This document shows, piece by piece, positions 50,322 through 62,227 of a DNA stretch of 64,000 nucleotides. Made by a program: the position numbers and the translations under genes. The DNA is from Saccostrea cucullata (Eukaryota). Positions within the stretch are counted from its first letter, which is position 1, and each line of letters opens with the position of its first letter. Under the pieces are notes generated by a model. That model was not told the origin of the DNA, did not search any database, and was given only the letters and a program-made list of their open reading frames with translations. The stretch lies in NCBI RefSeq assembly GCF_032062105.1, contig NW_026935030.1, positions 62,001 to 126,000 of the forward strand, in the 5' to 3' direction.

Positions 50322-51226
50322 CCATTTTTTCAATGAGAATATTTTTATTAATTTATACTTATTGTTGAAAGCCTATAAGTTACTCAGTGTCTCAGATAAG
50401 AGTTTGTTCAATTGAATTGTTTTGTCTTTTATGTTTAGTTCTTGGTGTTATCAAATGCTGCCATGTTTTGGATTCGAATGTAGTTAATTTTTTTTTAATT
50501 TCATTTTATCAACAAACAGTTTTAGATATTCAATAAAGTCAGTTAATTGCTTTTCTTTAGCTCGAGCACCTAATTAGTTTTCCTGTTTTGTGTGTTTCAA
50601 ACGTAAGTTCCGTTAAAGCACAGTTACCCATTTGCCTCTGTTAAAGGATTTAACAGTTGTTTTTTTTCTCTTTTTGATTTTGTATATCACCGTTTGAACA
50701 AAACGTGTTGTGGTTTATTTGTTTAGATAATAATCAACGAAGAACTTTCATGCTATGAAATTTTCAATTACTATTTATTGTCTTCATATTATTTACCCCC
50801 CAACTTATATAGAGAGATTTTGGGTTTCAACTGGGGTTTTTCCATGCATTTTTAAAAAAAAAAAATCAAATCCTATCTCTGCACTTAAAGAACAACAGAT
50901 TGTATGAAATGTGGTATTATTACCAAATAAAATGAAAAAAAAAATAAGTTTGGAAAATATGCGACAGTGCAACGCATGGAACAACCCCAGCAGCGATGGT
51001 TTCTATTTCTCATTTTAGAATCTTTAAGGGATGTCATCAAAATTTTTCATGGAGATTCTTAAGGTAATTCGGTGGTTTCGACTAACAGACATCCCTTCAA
51101 GAACTTTTTTTATTGGACCCATCGTTTCCCCTGTACATTTGATGTACTTTACTCGTCCAATAATTAAGCTTGTTGTATTTAAACTGTGAATGTTTGTATG
51201 AAAGTACAAAGTACAGTGTAAAATTT

Positions 51227-51232
51227 AATAAA
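51227..51232 (+). terminator. Putative distal polyadenylation signal
   Basis: AATAAA with an upstream UGUA (CFIm) cluster at about 51130-51220 and downstream ccttgttttcttttgtc. Alternative AATAAA hexamers lie at 49518, 49672, 50532 and 50926. Confidence 0.55.
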
Positions 51233-51584
51233 CATTTTATCTCTTCGGCAAATACCTTGTTTTCTTTTGTCATTCCCGGAGATTTTAAAAGTTTACAAAA
51301 AGAAAATAATTTTAAACCCAGACAAATGAGAAAATTTAAATATGCATCAAAATTACAAAACCGTTTTAAAAATAATTTTGAATAATCTCTCTCTTTCTCT
51401 CTTTCTCTTTAAATGTGATATCGTATGATAGTTTACAGACATCATCTCATACCTCCTGGTATACTGGTGCAGGCGCTTCGGAGTCAATATAACAGGCTTA
51501 GGTAATTGCTAAACGTAACGGCAATGCATTACTTTCTCAAAATCAGACTAATGCTGGCATTACAAAGCATCACTTTGTATGAAC

Positions 51585-51646
51585 GTTTCCATGTGAGTGA
51601 AAAATTCTCGAGAGGGACGTTAAACAATATACAATCATTCAATCAA
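51585..51646 (+). mobile_element. SINE/LINE 3' tail fragment
   Basis: ccatgtgagtgaaaaattctcgagagggacgttaaacaatatacaatcattcaatc, nearly identical to the tails near 5945 and 7795. Confidence 0.7.
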
Positions 51647-51858
51647 TAAAAAAAAATTGGACATTGAAATTACTGTTAAGTTAATGAATGAAAAAAGTGA
51701 ACCTATTTATATGAATAATAATCCCTGTAATTAAACACATTTTTTAATCTGCTGAAAGTAGAATTACCACATATTTAAATGTTCTTACTTTTTTTAAAGG
51801 AATATTTTAAATAGTTTTCATATCGAAAAATATTTTTGGTATGAGACACACTAATTAA

Positions 51859-53203
51859 TTGCCATTCTCTGTAACCACTTAAACTTCGTTGCCACGCATG
51901 GTCACCGATTTTGATGAAACTTCACCCATGCCTAGTACTTGACACCAGAAACAAATATCAAACAAAATTTCGTTGCTAAGTGTCTCGGTTGCTATGGCAA
52001 CAACCGGAAAGATTTGAAAAATCGAGATTTTCAGCCACTTTAAATCCTGACTGTGGCCTAATAAAAACTAGAAAAAGCAAACAAACCATTCTAACAAAAA
52101 CATGACACCTTGATGTCACTTATACTGTAAAGAAACTGTTTAGAATATATCTCTAAGTAAGTGGTAACCAAGGGTACATTTGGAATACATCTAAAATGCT
52201 GAAATATGCTGAAAAACACTCCATATTCACTAATGGTAGGTGTTACATGCTAAAACTCAATCATCGACTTAAGAAAAACAATGAAAATGTTTGATCTTAA
52301 GTATACAAGTATAAGCAATATTATTCTATAAATAAATTTTATGGTTGCCATGGTAACACAGTGTAACTATGCAAAACCAGTAACTAAGATTGGGTTAATG
52401 CTACTGTCTTGAGGAAAAACATGAAAATTCAAGACTGGCAAATATGCATCCTTAGGACCTTGCAACACCAAAACCATAAGAAAAATTGGGTAAAATTGCT
52501 ACTTTGCAGTGTTACCATGGAAACAAAGTACCAGTGCTTAAAAGTGAATTATTTTTCACTGCATTAAGAATTAAACTGCCATATAATCAAGAAACAAATT
52601 AAAGGATTCAGCTTGAATAGTACTTCTCTGTTAGAACTGAAGTTGAATATCATATATTGATAAAAGTTGATGAAGAAAACAACACTGTTGCTATGGTAAC
52701 CAAGAAGGGAAAATGTTCAATTTTGTGAACTTTATATCAATATTAAACCCTGTGTGCCAACTTCTTGCATCCACTTAGAGATTGGATGATAGTCAAAATT
52801 TAAAGTCAGGTTAGCTGTTAATAAATATGAATCATAAAAGTTTTGGGAATCTACATATAAGGGTACGTATCCAAGGAAAGAAAATATTTTTCAGGTTTTT
52901 AAGCATATATTTTCTGCTTATCTCCATAGCAACGCTCTATTTAAAGAATCTTATCTGAATTTTTTCAAATGGGAAAACTAGGAGCACACCAACATCTTTA
53001 AAAATTGATCATTAGTTATGAGGAAATGTGCTTTTTTAAAAGATAGGTTCAGATTTAAACAAACAGAGTGTTACTTTGAAGGCTCTCTGTGGTGTAAAAA
53101 CCTTGACAACCATTGCCAACCAAAATGAAATATCATATTTTGTTCTTGGTATATGTTTCAAGGCTCTTTTTTCTATTATTTGGTCACATTTCATCCTATA
53201 ATT

Positions 53204-53244
<41 letters not shown>

Positions 53245-53352
53245 CTGTTTTTGTCCGTCGTCGTCCGTCGTTCGTCGTACGTCGTTCGTCGTTCGTCGTC
53301 AATCGGTCGTAAACTTTTGAACATTTTCAGCTTCTTCTCTGCAACCACTGAA

Positions 53353-53383
<31 letters not shown>

Positions 53384-53629
53384 TATGGGTGAAGGGGAAC
53401 AAAAATTGTGAATTTCATGATCCCTGCCCCCCTGGGGCCTGGGGGGTGGGGCCAAAACCACTAAAATTAATGCAATCTTCAAAAATCTTCTTCTTTACTC
53501 CTGGACATCAAGCAGTCAAACTGTTTGCATGATTGTAATCAGCATTGAGTCCTTTACCAAAATTGTGAAATTCATGGCCCTGGGGTCAGGGGTTCTTGTA
53601 CTAGGGCGGGGCTAAATAAGTATATATTG

Positions 53630-53663
<34 letters not shown>

Positions 53664-55389
53664 GCTCCTAGATTTTATATAATTTAACTAAGTACATAGT
53701 TATGATGAGCAAGAGTGCCTCTACCAAAATTGTGAATTTTATGGCCCCAGGGTCAGGGGTTCTGGTTTTAGGGCGGGGCTCTATTGATTATATAGTGAAA
53801 ATACATGAATTCTTTGAAAATCTTCTTCTCTGCTCCTAGGTTTTATATAAACTAAATAAGTGCATAGTTATGATGAACTAGAGTGCCTCTACCAAAATTG
53901 TGAATTTTATGGCCCAAGGGTAAGGGGTTCTGGTGTTAAGGCAGGGCTCTTTTGATTATGTAGTGAAAATACATGAATTCTTTGAAAATCTTCTCTGCTC
54001 CTAGATTTTATATAATTTAACTAAGTACATAGTTATGATGAGCAAGAGTGCCTCTACCAAAATTGTGAATTTTATGGCCCCAGGGTCAGGGGTTCTGGTT
54101 TTAGGGCGGGGCTCTATTGATTATATAGTGAAAATACATGAATTCTTTGAAAATCTTCTTCTCTGCTCCTAGGTTTTATATAAACTAACTAAGTACATAG
54201 TTATGATGAGCAAGAGTGTGACTACCAAAATTGTGAATTTTATGGCCCCAGGGTCAGGGGTTCTGGTGTCAGGGTGGGGCTCTATTGATTATATAGAGGA
54301 AATGCATGAATTCTTTGAAAATCTTCTTCTTTACTCCTGGGTATTATATAAACTAACTAAGTACATAGTTATGATGAACAAGAGTGCCTCTGCCAAAATT
54401 GTGAACTTTATGGCCCCAGGGTCAGGGATTCTGGTGTTAGGGCGGGGCTGTATTGATTATACATGTATAGTGAAAAAACATTAAATTTTTGAATATTTTC
54501 TTCTTTGCTCCTAGGTTTTAAGCAGATGAATTACCTATATAGTTATGAGCAATCCCTAATCTTCAAGAATTGTAAATTTCAAGGCCCCAGGGTCAGTTGT
54601 ACCATAGTGGGGGGGGGGGGGAGGCTGTACTTATGTACTGAAAATAAATGGATTGTTTGAAATGTGCTCCTTGGTATTAATCAAATATTTTTGAAAAGCA
54701 AGTATGCCTTTCCAAAAATAGTGCAATGTGTGGATCTAGGCCTAAGAGTCAAGGGTTCATGTGTGGTAGCGGCACTACTGATTATTGCTGAATATTACTG
54801 ATTAGTTGAAATGCATTTTTTGTTCCCCTACCCTGCCTATGGGTATAAAGTAACCAAACTAAGGAACTGCTAAGTGTATAGTTATGATGACCAGATTGTA
54901 AATGCTATAGCATCTGGCTTAAAACATGGATCAAATTCAGTCACTGGGAAGTTGTTGAATAATGCTCAGGTGACCTATAAGGCCCAGGGGCCTCTTGTTT
55001 ATTTTTACGTGTATGACTTTAAATAATTCAATGAATATTTTTTTTTACTTTTGAATACTTTGTTACCATAGTAACGTATGTAATAGTTGATTTACCAAAC
55101 ATGTTTATCATGCATTTGAGACATCTGACCTTCAACTTTTGGAAACAGTCATTGCCAATTGTTTGCTTTGCCGCAAATGTTAACTATGCGGCTCTAAACA
55201 TGTTAAAAAATGCCATTTTTCGAACTTTAAGACATGTTGCCATGGTAACTATAAAACATAGCAACCAATTTTTGCCTGATTTCAGTTCAGGGTATCAATG
55301 ACTTTTATCATAGAGAGTTTGGAGAAATTCTGAGACTATGCGTGCCACAGCACCTATATAAAATTTCAAATCATTACAGAGAATGGCTC
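51859..55389. mobile_element. Kolobok-like non-autonomous DNA transposon (about 1.7 kb, plus a nested HINE)
   Basis: TTAA at 51855-58 and 55390-93. TIRs are (tt)GCCATTCTCTGTAA and TTACAGAGAATGGC(tc). Internal GTTRCYATGGYAAC-type palindromes recur on both sides of the nested insert. Confidence 0.75.
53208..54999 (+). mobile_element. Full-length HINE with ~166-bp Cg170-like satellite array
   Basis: Inserted in a T-run. 5' AGGTCACCTGAGT-C-ACTCAGGTGACCT, (CGT)n microsatellite, about 6.5 units of 165-168 bp, 3' subTIR CTCAGGTGACCT and hairpin aggcccaggggcct. Confidence 0.9.
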
Positions 55390-55902
55390 TTAATATACAC
55401 TATAAATTGATAATTGCCACCTTTTTAATAGAGTGTCACCAAATTCACAAATTGTCTAAGGTTATGTAACATTTTAAACAATGTATTATTTTGAGAAGGA
55501 AGTACTTCTAAAACCAGTCCCTTTCTTCTGGCCGTATTTATATGAAACATTAAGCTGGTATAGCTTGAGCTGACCATGACATAATTGCAACAAAAGGAAT
55601 AGACAAGCATAACAAAACGTACATACTGCCCAACCCTTATTAATTATAATTTTGTCTGCATTTGAGTTTTGTTATAATCTAAGGTACTATGTCCATAGAA
55701 TCTTTACAAGTCTTATTAAGTTTAGTTTTGGGAAGGGAGTAAATTGCCATAAAAAGTTAAATTGCTTTATGACATTAATATATACACAAAAAGGCATATA
55801 GTTCATTTTTTAAAATCTACTTTGCAATTTAAAAGTTCGACCCTCCTATGATGTAAATAAATAACAGTGTAATAAATGCAAGTACTTGATATTAAATAAT
55901 TA

Positions 55903-56245
55903 TTATACCCCCCCCCCCCCGCTTGAAAAGTGGGAGTGTATACTGTAATCGGTATGTCCGTCCGTCTGTCTGTACGTCCGTCCGTCCGTATGTCCATCCG
56001 TCTGTCTGTTACGCTTTGGGGTACCCATCTCTTATCCGCAACTCCTCTTAAACCACTGAGTGAAATTTAATGAAACTTTCTCAGAATCTTTATTACATAT
56101 TGCCATTGTGCACCTCCTATTTTACTTTTTGCTCCGACATATTTTGGGTTTCCCGGCCACAGTAAAACATGGACTTTGCCATTATAACCATATGGGAGGC
56201 GGGGGGTATCAATTAGTGAGCTCAATGCTCACAGTACCTCTAGTT
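55903..56245 (+). mobile_element. Short HINE (pearl/CvA-like MITE), copy 1
   Basis: ttatacccc..gcttgaaaagtgggagtgtata, (GTCC/GTCT)n, 3' gcggggggtat and hairpin gtgagc..gctcac. Confidence 0.85.
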
Positions 56246-56540
56246 TCAATTATATCATTTATATGTGTATCGATTTGAAGGGGTGGGATGGATGTTTATT
56301 TTTGAATATTTTTTAAATCACCCAAGAGGGAGGATAATTGTAATGCATTACTTCGATAAAGTAATGGTTATGAAATGCATTACTTTAAGAAATTAAAGTA
56401 ATGGTAATTTAACGTCCAAATTCTTTAATATTTTTGATATTTTTTTATATCCTAAAGAGCCAAAATGAATTAGAATATCATATCAATATTGGATTCCGAA
56501 ACTTCATAAAAATCCCCCAAAACAAAGATACAAAGCATGT

Positions 56541-57812
56541 TCTAGTAAATGTTTAACCAAGCCTCTTTCTTTACTCCTCACTAAAATATTAAGAGTAGTG
56601 AAGGAGAAACTGCAAGATTACTGTGCAACAATATATTCAAGAAGTGGTGTAAATAAGATGTGGATATTAAAAAATTCCAAGGATCTTTTGGACAATTATA
56701 ACCAAAAATCAACAACTTAAAACTTACGACTTTTCAACTTTAAACACAATCATCCCCCACGATAAATTAAAATCCAGGCTTTTTACAGCTGCTACTTTCA
56801 ATAAAAATGGAAATCGTAAATTTTCTTACCTTGTCATTGGTCATTTGCATAAATACGTGTATTTTGTTAAAAAAACATTCTGATTGTACACACAAGTACA
56901 GTGTTACTCGGAAATTTACATGAAAAAGATGCTTGAGTTTCTGAATGACAATATCTATGTTGTTTTTGGAGACCAGGTCTTCCAACAATCTGTTGGAATT
57001 CCCATGGGTACCAATAACGCCCATTATTAGCACACCTATTGTTGTATTCATATAAAAAAGAATTTGTCCAAAATCTCATGCGTAAAAAGAAGAAAAAACA
57101 CTTGCTGTGAACTTCAACTCGACATTTAGATATATCGACGATGTATTGTCAATTGGCAATGGTAATTTCCATTCTTATTTCGATATGATATATCCTGGTG
57201 GGCTTGAGATAAAAGATACGACAGAGTCTGGCAAATCTGTTTCATATTTGGACATTTTACTTGAAAAAGACGTTAATGGTAATCTAACAACCAAGCTCTA
57301 TGATACTTAGATGACTAAGTTTTCAATCGTCATCTTCCCTTACTTATGCAGCAATGTACCTTCATCACCTGCATATGGAGTTTGTACTGTATTTGTCAGT
57401 TGATTCGATAGGCAAGAGCATGTTCTACGTATGCATAATTTATAAAACGAGGTAAATTATTGACAAACAAGTTGATGAAACAAGAATATCAGCAGTCTCG
57501 TTTAAAGTCATCTCTTCGTAAGTTATATGGTCGATACAATGACCTTGTCAGCAAATACAATTTATCATTGAGTCAAATGCTGACTAACGTTGTACATACT
57601 AATTGTTAGTCCATTATTTATACACTGGATTGACGACGGATTTTTCCGTTATTTCCCGATCATGACAAGGAGCATACGGCGGGAATGACCGGTCGGCAGG
57701 GGATGCTCACTCCTCCTCTGAATTTTTGGAGGTCCATGTTTGCTCTGCTCCTGTTTTATATTTTTAAATGGATTTTTGATCTGGAATACTGTTCGTTACC
57801 TCCATATGTTTC
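56541..57812 (+). mobile_element. Decayed Penelope-like retroelement (Naiad-type): RT C-terminal half plus 3' tail
   Basis: Fragments read KPLSLLLTKIL..YSRSGVNKMWILKNSKDLL..TYDFSTL..QQSVGIPMGTN..FRYIDDVLSI..SYLDI..PAYG..QLIR..RACS..LKSSLRKLYGRYNDLV. The frame ends after the thumb with no C-terminal GIY-YIG. Multiple frameshifts. Confidence 0.8.
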
Positions 57813-57920
57813 TTTGAAGACACGGTAATGTATTGCATTACTTTATAATATTATTCGCCCCATGCCTGATTTTAATTTTGGTTTCTAATTTGAATTAACT
57901 ATATGTATAATGTTTTATAT

Positions 57921-58257
57921 TTATACTCCCCGCTTGAAAAGCGGGAGGGTATATAGTAATCAGTATGTCCGTCCGCCCGTCTGTACATCCGTTTGTCTGT
58001 ACGTCCACCCGCCCGTCTGTCTGTTACGCTTTGGGTACCCATCTCTTATCCGTAACTCCTCTCATACCGCTGAATGAAATTTGATTAAACTTTCACAGAA
58101 TACTTATTTCATATTGCCATTGTGTACCTCCTATTTTACTTTTTGATCCGACACATATTTTGAGTTTTCCACAACAAAACATTGACACTCCCATAATATT
58201 CATATTGGAGGCGGGGGGTATCATTTAGTGAGCTCATTGCTCACAGTACCTCTAGTT
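57921..58257 (+). mobile_element. Short HINE, copy 2
   Basis: Colinear diverged copy of 55903-56245. Confidence 0.85.
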
Positions 58258-58297
58258 CATACTAATTTTTATATGCAGTTATTTACATATACTAACT

Positions 58298-58440
58298 TGT
58301 CGACGGATTTTTGCCGTTATTTCCCGATCATGACAAGGAACACACGGCTGATGTGACCGGCCGACAGGGGATGCTCACTTCTTCATGATTTGGTTTGTTT
58401 GAATAAACTTTTGAGTTGGAATACTATTTGTTACCTACAT
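58298..58440 (+). mobile_element. Second copy of the Penelope-like 3' tail
   Basis: gacggattttt.ccgttatttcccgatcatgacaagga..gaccggccgacaggggatgctcact matches about 57635-57715. Confidence 0.75.
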
Positions 58441-59271
58441 AACTTCTTTTAATTTAAGCTTTAATACATACAGTTATATATTGTAAAAAAAATTTAATGA
58501 ACCACTTCTACATTTATACATCTGAACACTATCATATTGTTGAAAGATTCATTTAAGCGAGTTTATTATTATTAAATTATCGGACTCGTAACATGATGTG
58601 CATTTAGCTAGTAAGTATATCTGCACAACTTATTTATTGTAAGAAATAGATATCTAAACAGCTTTTGGATTTATCAATTGCTTTACCAATTGCTTTTCCA
58701 TGCCTATTTCTATCAAAAACATCAGTTTCATATTCATGTAGTGTAATTCGTCCCGTTTTTCTCGATGTCGTCTGACCATCAAGGAGAAGACGTACAAGAG
58801 TAACATCGCAGAGTGGCGAAAACGATTCGCACGGTACTTTTTAATCAAGAATCCTAACTTATATCTTCTATATTCCTCAAATTATGTTTTCATTCAGTTA
58901 TTCAATAATGAAGTTTTAATCTATAATTAAACGTGTGCTTGTTAGTTTTATTAAAATTTTCCGGTAACATAGATCCGTCAAATGTTAAAGGCACTCTCTT
59001 TCTCTGCTATTTCACGGCTGCTTTTCGAAATTGAAGGTGCTTAAGTTTGAAGAATTCAGCATTTACAGTTATTTTGCTTAAATTTAATGGATAGGACGAT
59101 TAAAATGAAGAGGGAAATTGCTCAGTTTGGTAAGTTGTTTCATACCTGAACATTTTTAACATCAAATTAAAAATTGAACACGGTAAACAGTCATAGAAAC
59201 ATTCCAGCATCGTCAAAAGCTTTTTCTTCCTGAGTTAATGAATCTTTAAGGAGAACATCGTTTTTTTCTCT

Positions 59272-59850
59272 TTTCAGCTCACCTGAGAGGAAAACACTAG
59301 TGTTAATTTCTGATCACATTTTGTTTCTGTTTGTAAACTTTTCACTTTTTCTGAAGAACCACTTCTAAAAGCAACAAAACAATGACAAAGTTATATTTAT
59401 ATTGAAGCAATCTTAAATACGTTCATGACATTCATTGGAATATATATATCATGCAATTCTCGGAAATAAGATTGCTTGGAAAATCAAAAATATATGTCAG
59501 ATCAAAAAGTAAAATAGGAGGTGCACAATGGCATTACTGTTTTACATTGGAATATATATATAAAAAATCTTAACAAACAATAAGAACAGCAAACCCATGG
59601 TTATATTAGACATGTTTATATGAAGAAAATTCAAAAGGTATTGTAGAGTAACGTTGGTGAAATCATGAACCCGGGGATGGCGAGGCCACAACTGGTGATG
59701 AAAGTTTAACATAAGTCCTGGAGTAGACAGGACAAAGTCTGCAGATTCAAAAATGTTCAAATCATAGCTCCTGGGTAGGGTAAGACGACATTCCTGAAAA
59801 TTTGGAAAACCAGGCTGACTCAGGTGACCGGTATGGTGAATGGGCATTTT
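59272..59850 (+). mobile_element. Highly decayed HINE
   Basis: 5' agctcacctgag..ttctgatcac..tgtaaacttttcac and 3' actcaggtga subTIR. Confidence 0.5.
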
Positions 59851-60632
59851 GTTTCTGGGTGCTCTACGTAATTTTAAAAATATTTCATTCCTGTAAGAAT
59901 CACCGATTGTTGGTAGATTTATAACTTTGGTCATAGATCAAACTGTACTCGACATCAATGACTTAAGCAACTACATGCTAGATCTTTATTTTATTGCAAA
60001 AAAGAAATGTTACTGATTATTCTACCTCATTCAATGGACTGGTCAGGAGACCTTGAACTATACAGATCAGCTTATTTTTCCTCAGTTGTTAACGAATGTA
60101 TTTAAATAAAAGGACTGTTGATTGTTGAATCATTTCTTACAGGACATTGACTTTTACGTAATGATACGTGCCATGTTTTTTTAATTAACACTTTATGACT
60201 AAATATTATCTTTGGAACAACAAGTGGTATTTAAATATCAAAGATGAAATGGTCAAGAAAAACAATCCTTACATTAACACGTCTAGGTTTTCCGTTCTTA
60301 AGGTTCTGAGTTCACCACTTAAAAAATTCTCCCAGAAACTCACTAGATCCGAAAAGTTATGGTAATGTATTCCTAGCGGGGCAATTTTGTTGACATTATA
60401 TATTTATTTACTGTAATAAAGGAGTAAAAATCTCAATTTTCTGGTGGACAAATGAATATAAAATGTAATTCAGGATATAAAAAAAAAACCTTTTTTTCTT
60501 TCAGGAGAAATACTTGTTTGATTTTTCTGCAGTATTAAACTTCTCATTTGTTACGTAATATTTGTGCGTAAAAAGCAATTGCTATCATTGCAAGAAACAT
60601 TGATAAGTAAGGTAAGTCTAATAAAAATTTAA

Positions 60633-60835
60633 GGAGGCTGGGGGGTCAACAAATTAACCATCAAATATAACTTTTTTTTTATTATATGATATCTTAAGCT
60701 ATCAATTATCATTTGGCAAAGAAAAATTTCATATATCTTAGTTTTAAACTTTGATCAATTTGTATATCTTTATATGGAGCTCTCCTTCTAAAGGAGGTCA
60801 AAATAGTCTGAAATGGCTGCAACCCCCCAGCCCCT
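60633..60835. mobile_element. Kolobok-like MITE (~200 bp)
   Basis: TTAA|GGAGGCTGGGGGGT ... ACCCCCCAGCCCCT|TTAA. Confidence 0.65.
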
Positions 60836-62227
60836 TTAATTTTCCTAATGTCATTTTTTTTCTCTTTATATTGAGCACGTATTAACTATTTAAAGCACAT
60901 TGTAAATAGATTAAACTTTTTAATATCCTTATAGGAAGCATGCTGGAAATTGTTGCTATTAAAAAATACCAGTCTCAAGCTTATTTTTGAGACCAACTCA
61001 AATAATTAATGATTTTTCAGAGTTAATGTTCCTGGCTGAAGGATGGACATTCTTAACAACATTTGAAGAATAAATTTTTTTAATAAGAATGTCAATTGAT
61101 AATGACTACTAAATTACTCAAAAGTTGAAAAAAAATACCCTAACCTTATATGATCTTGTCAAACATTAAAAGTTTATATTATACCTTGTTTTTCATTTTA
61201 AGCTTTCAACAAATATTATGTACGTGATGTTATATGAATTCAATGATATTTATTATGGAAGAAACATGACACATCTGTAACCGAATCCCGTTCTTAAGGT
61301 AGGATTCTTCTCTGGTTTTTGACTAGATGAAACATTCAAAGTACATTTGCTTATATGTCTTATATATCGAGGTATAAGGAATTTAAAAGACCATATTTTT
61401 CTTTCCTCATCACAATTGTACAACTTTAAATAGAAATGGTAAACTGCGTTTGAAAACTACTATATTTTTGGCGGAATGGTGGCGTATGAAAATATCTTAT
61501 TTTCTGCCTCTCAAAATTAAAATAGAACAATGAATATAGTTATAATTTTTACACAATCGAAGACTTGGAGAAATTTTCAAATGTAAGTTAAATTAATAAT
61601 GAGGGACTAAACTTTCAAAATATATCAAATAAATATGATTTTTCAAACAAACTAGAACTTTGTTAGCTTTTAAACGCTTCCTATGAAAGTGCAGATTTGA
61701 GCCAAAAATCCATAAAAAGTATTTTTCTCTCTTAGTAAACGATCAAAACTTTTTGATTTTGTATCATTTTGTACATTTATAAGACTACTTTATTATATGT
61801 GAAAATAGGAAAAAGTTAAATATAGGAAGCATATGAAAATAACTAATATATCCTAAAAAATTAGGAAAAACAGAGAAAATTCGGATTAGCCAATATCCAG
61901 TTTAGTTAAATTATTTATGTAAATTTGGTAATATCATGCTATAGACCCGATATAGCAATATGTTTTTATGCAAAAAGAACAATCATTAAACTTTTGAAAT
62001 AAGTAGATATCACATGATTGGCAACAATTATTTTTTATTCTTAATGTCAAGGAAAAAGATAATGACGTTGACTTGACCTTGCCTCTAATATAAAACGGTC
62101 AGATTTAATTTCACTGATACTATCACTTACTGATATTGTCTTCTTGATTCTGTGAAAATTTCATTAATTTTTAAATATTAGAAATATGAGAAGAATCCTA
62201 CCTTAAAGCTATATTTTGGTTGTTTTA

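Larger units (their letters stand above)
47701..51255 (+). other. Predicted long 3'UTR of BCL11
   Basis: T-rich, transposon-free stretch after the stop codon. It ends at AATAAA 51227-51232, which has several TGTA motifs upstream and a T/GT-rich tract downstream. Repeats resume about 250 bp later. Confidence 0.65.

Noticed and set aside
53230-54484. ORFs within satellite/HINE arrays (also 3757-4038 and 10089-11625); CRISPR-like periodicity
   Set aside because: These are translations of non-coding tandem repeats. The units repeat along their whole length with no unique spacers, in a eukaryotic context.
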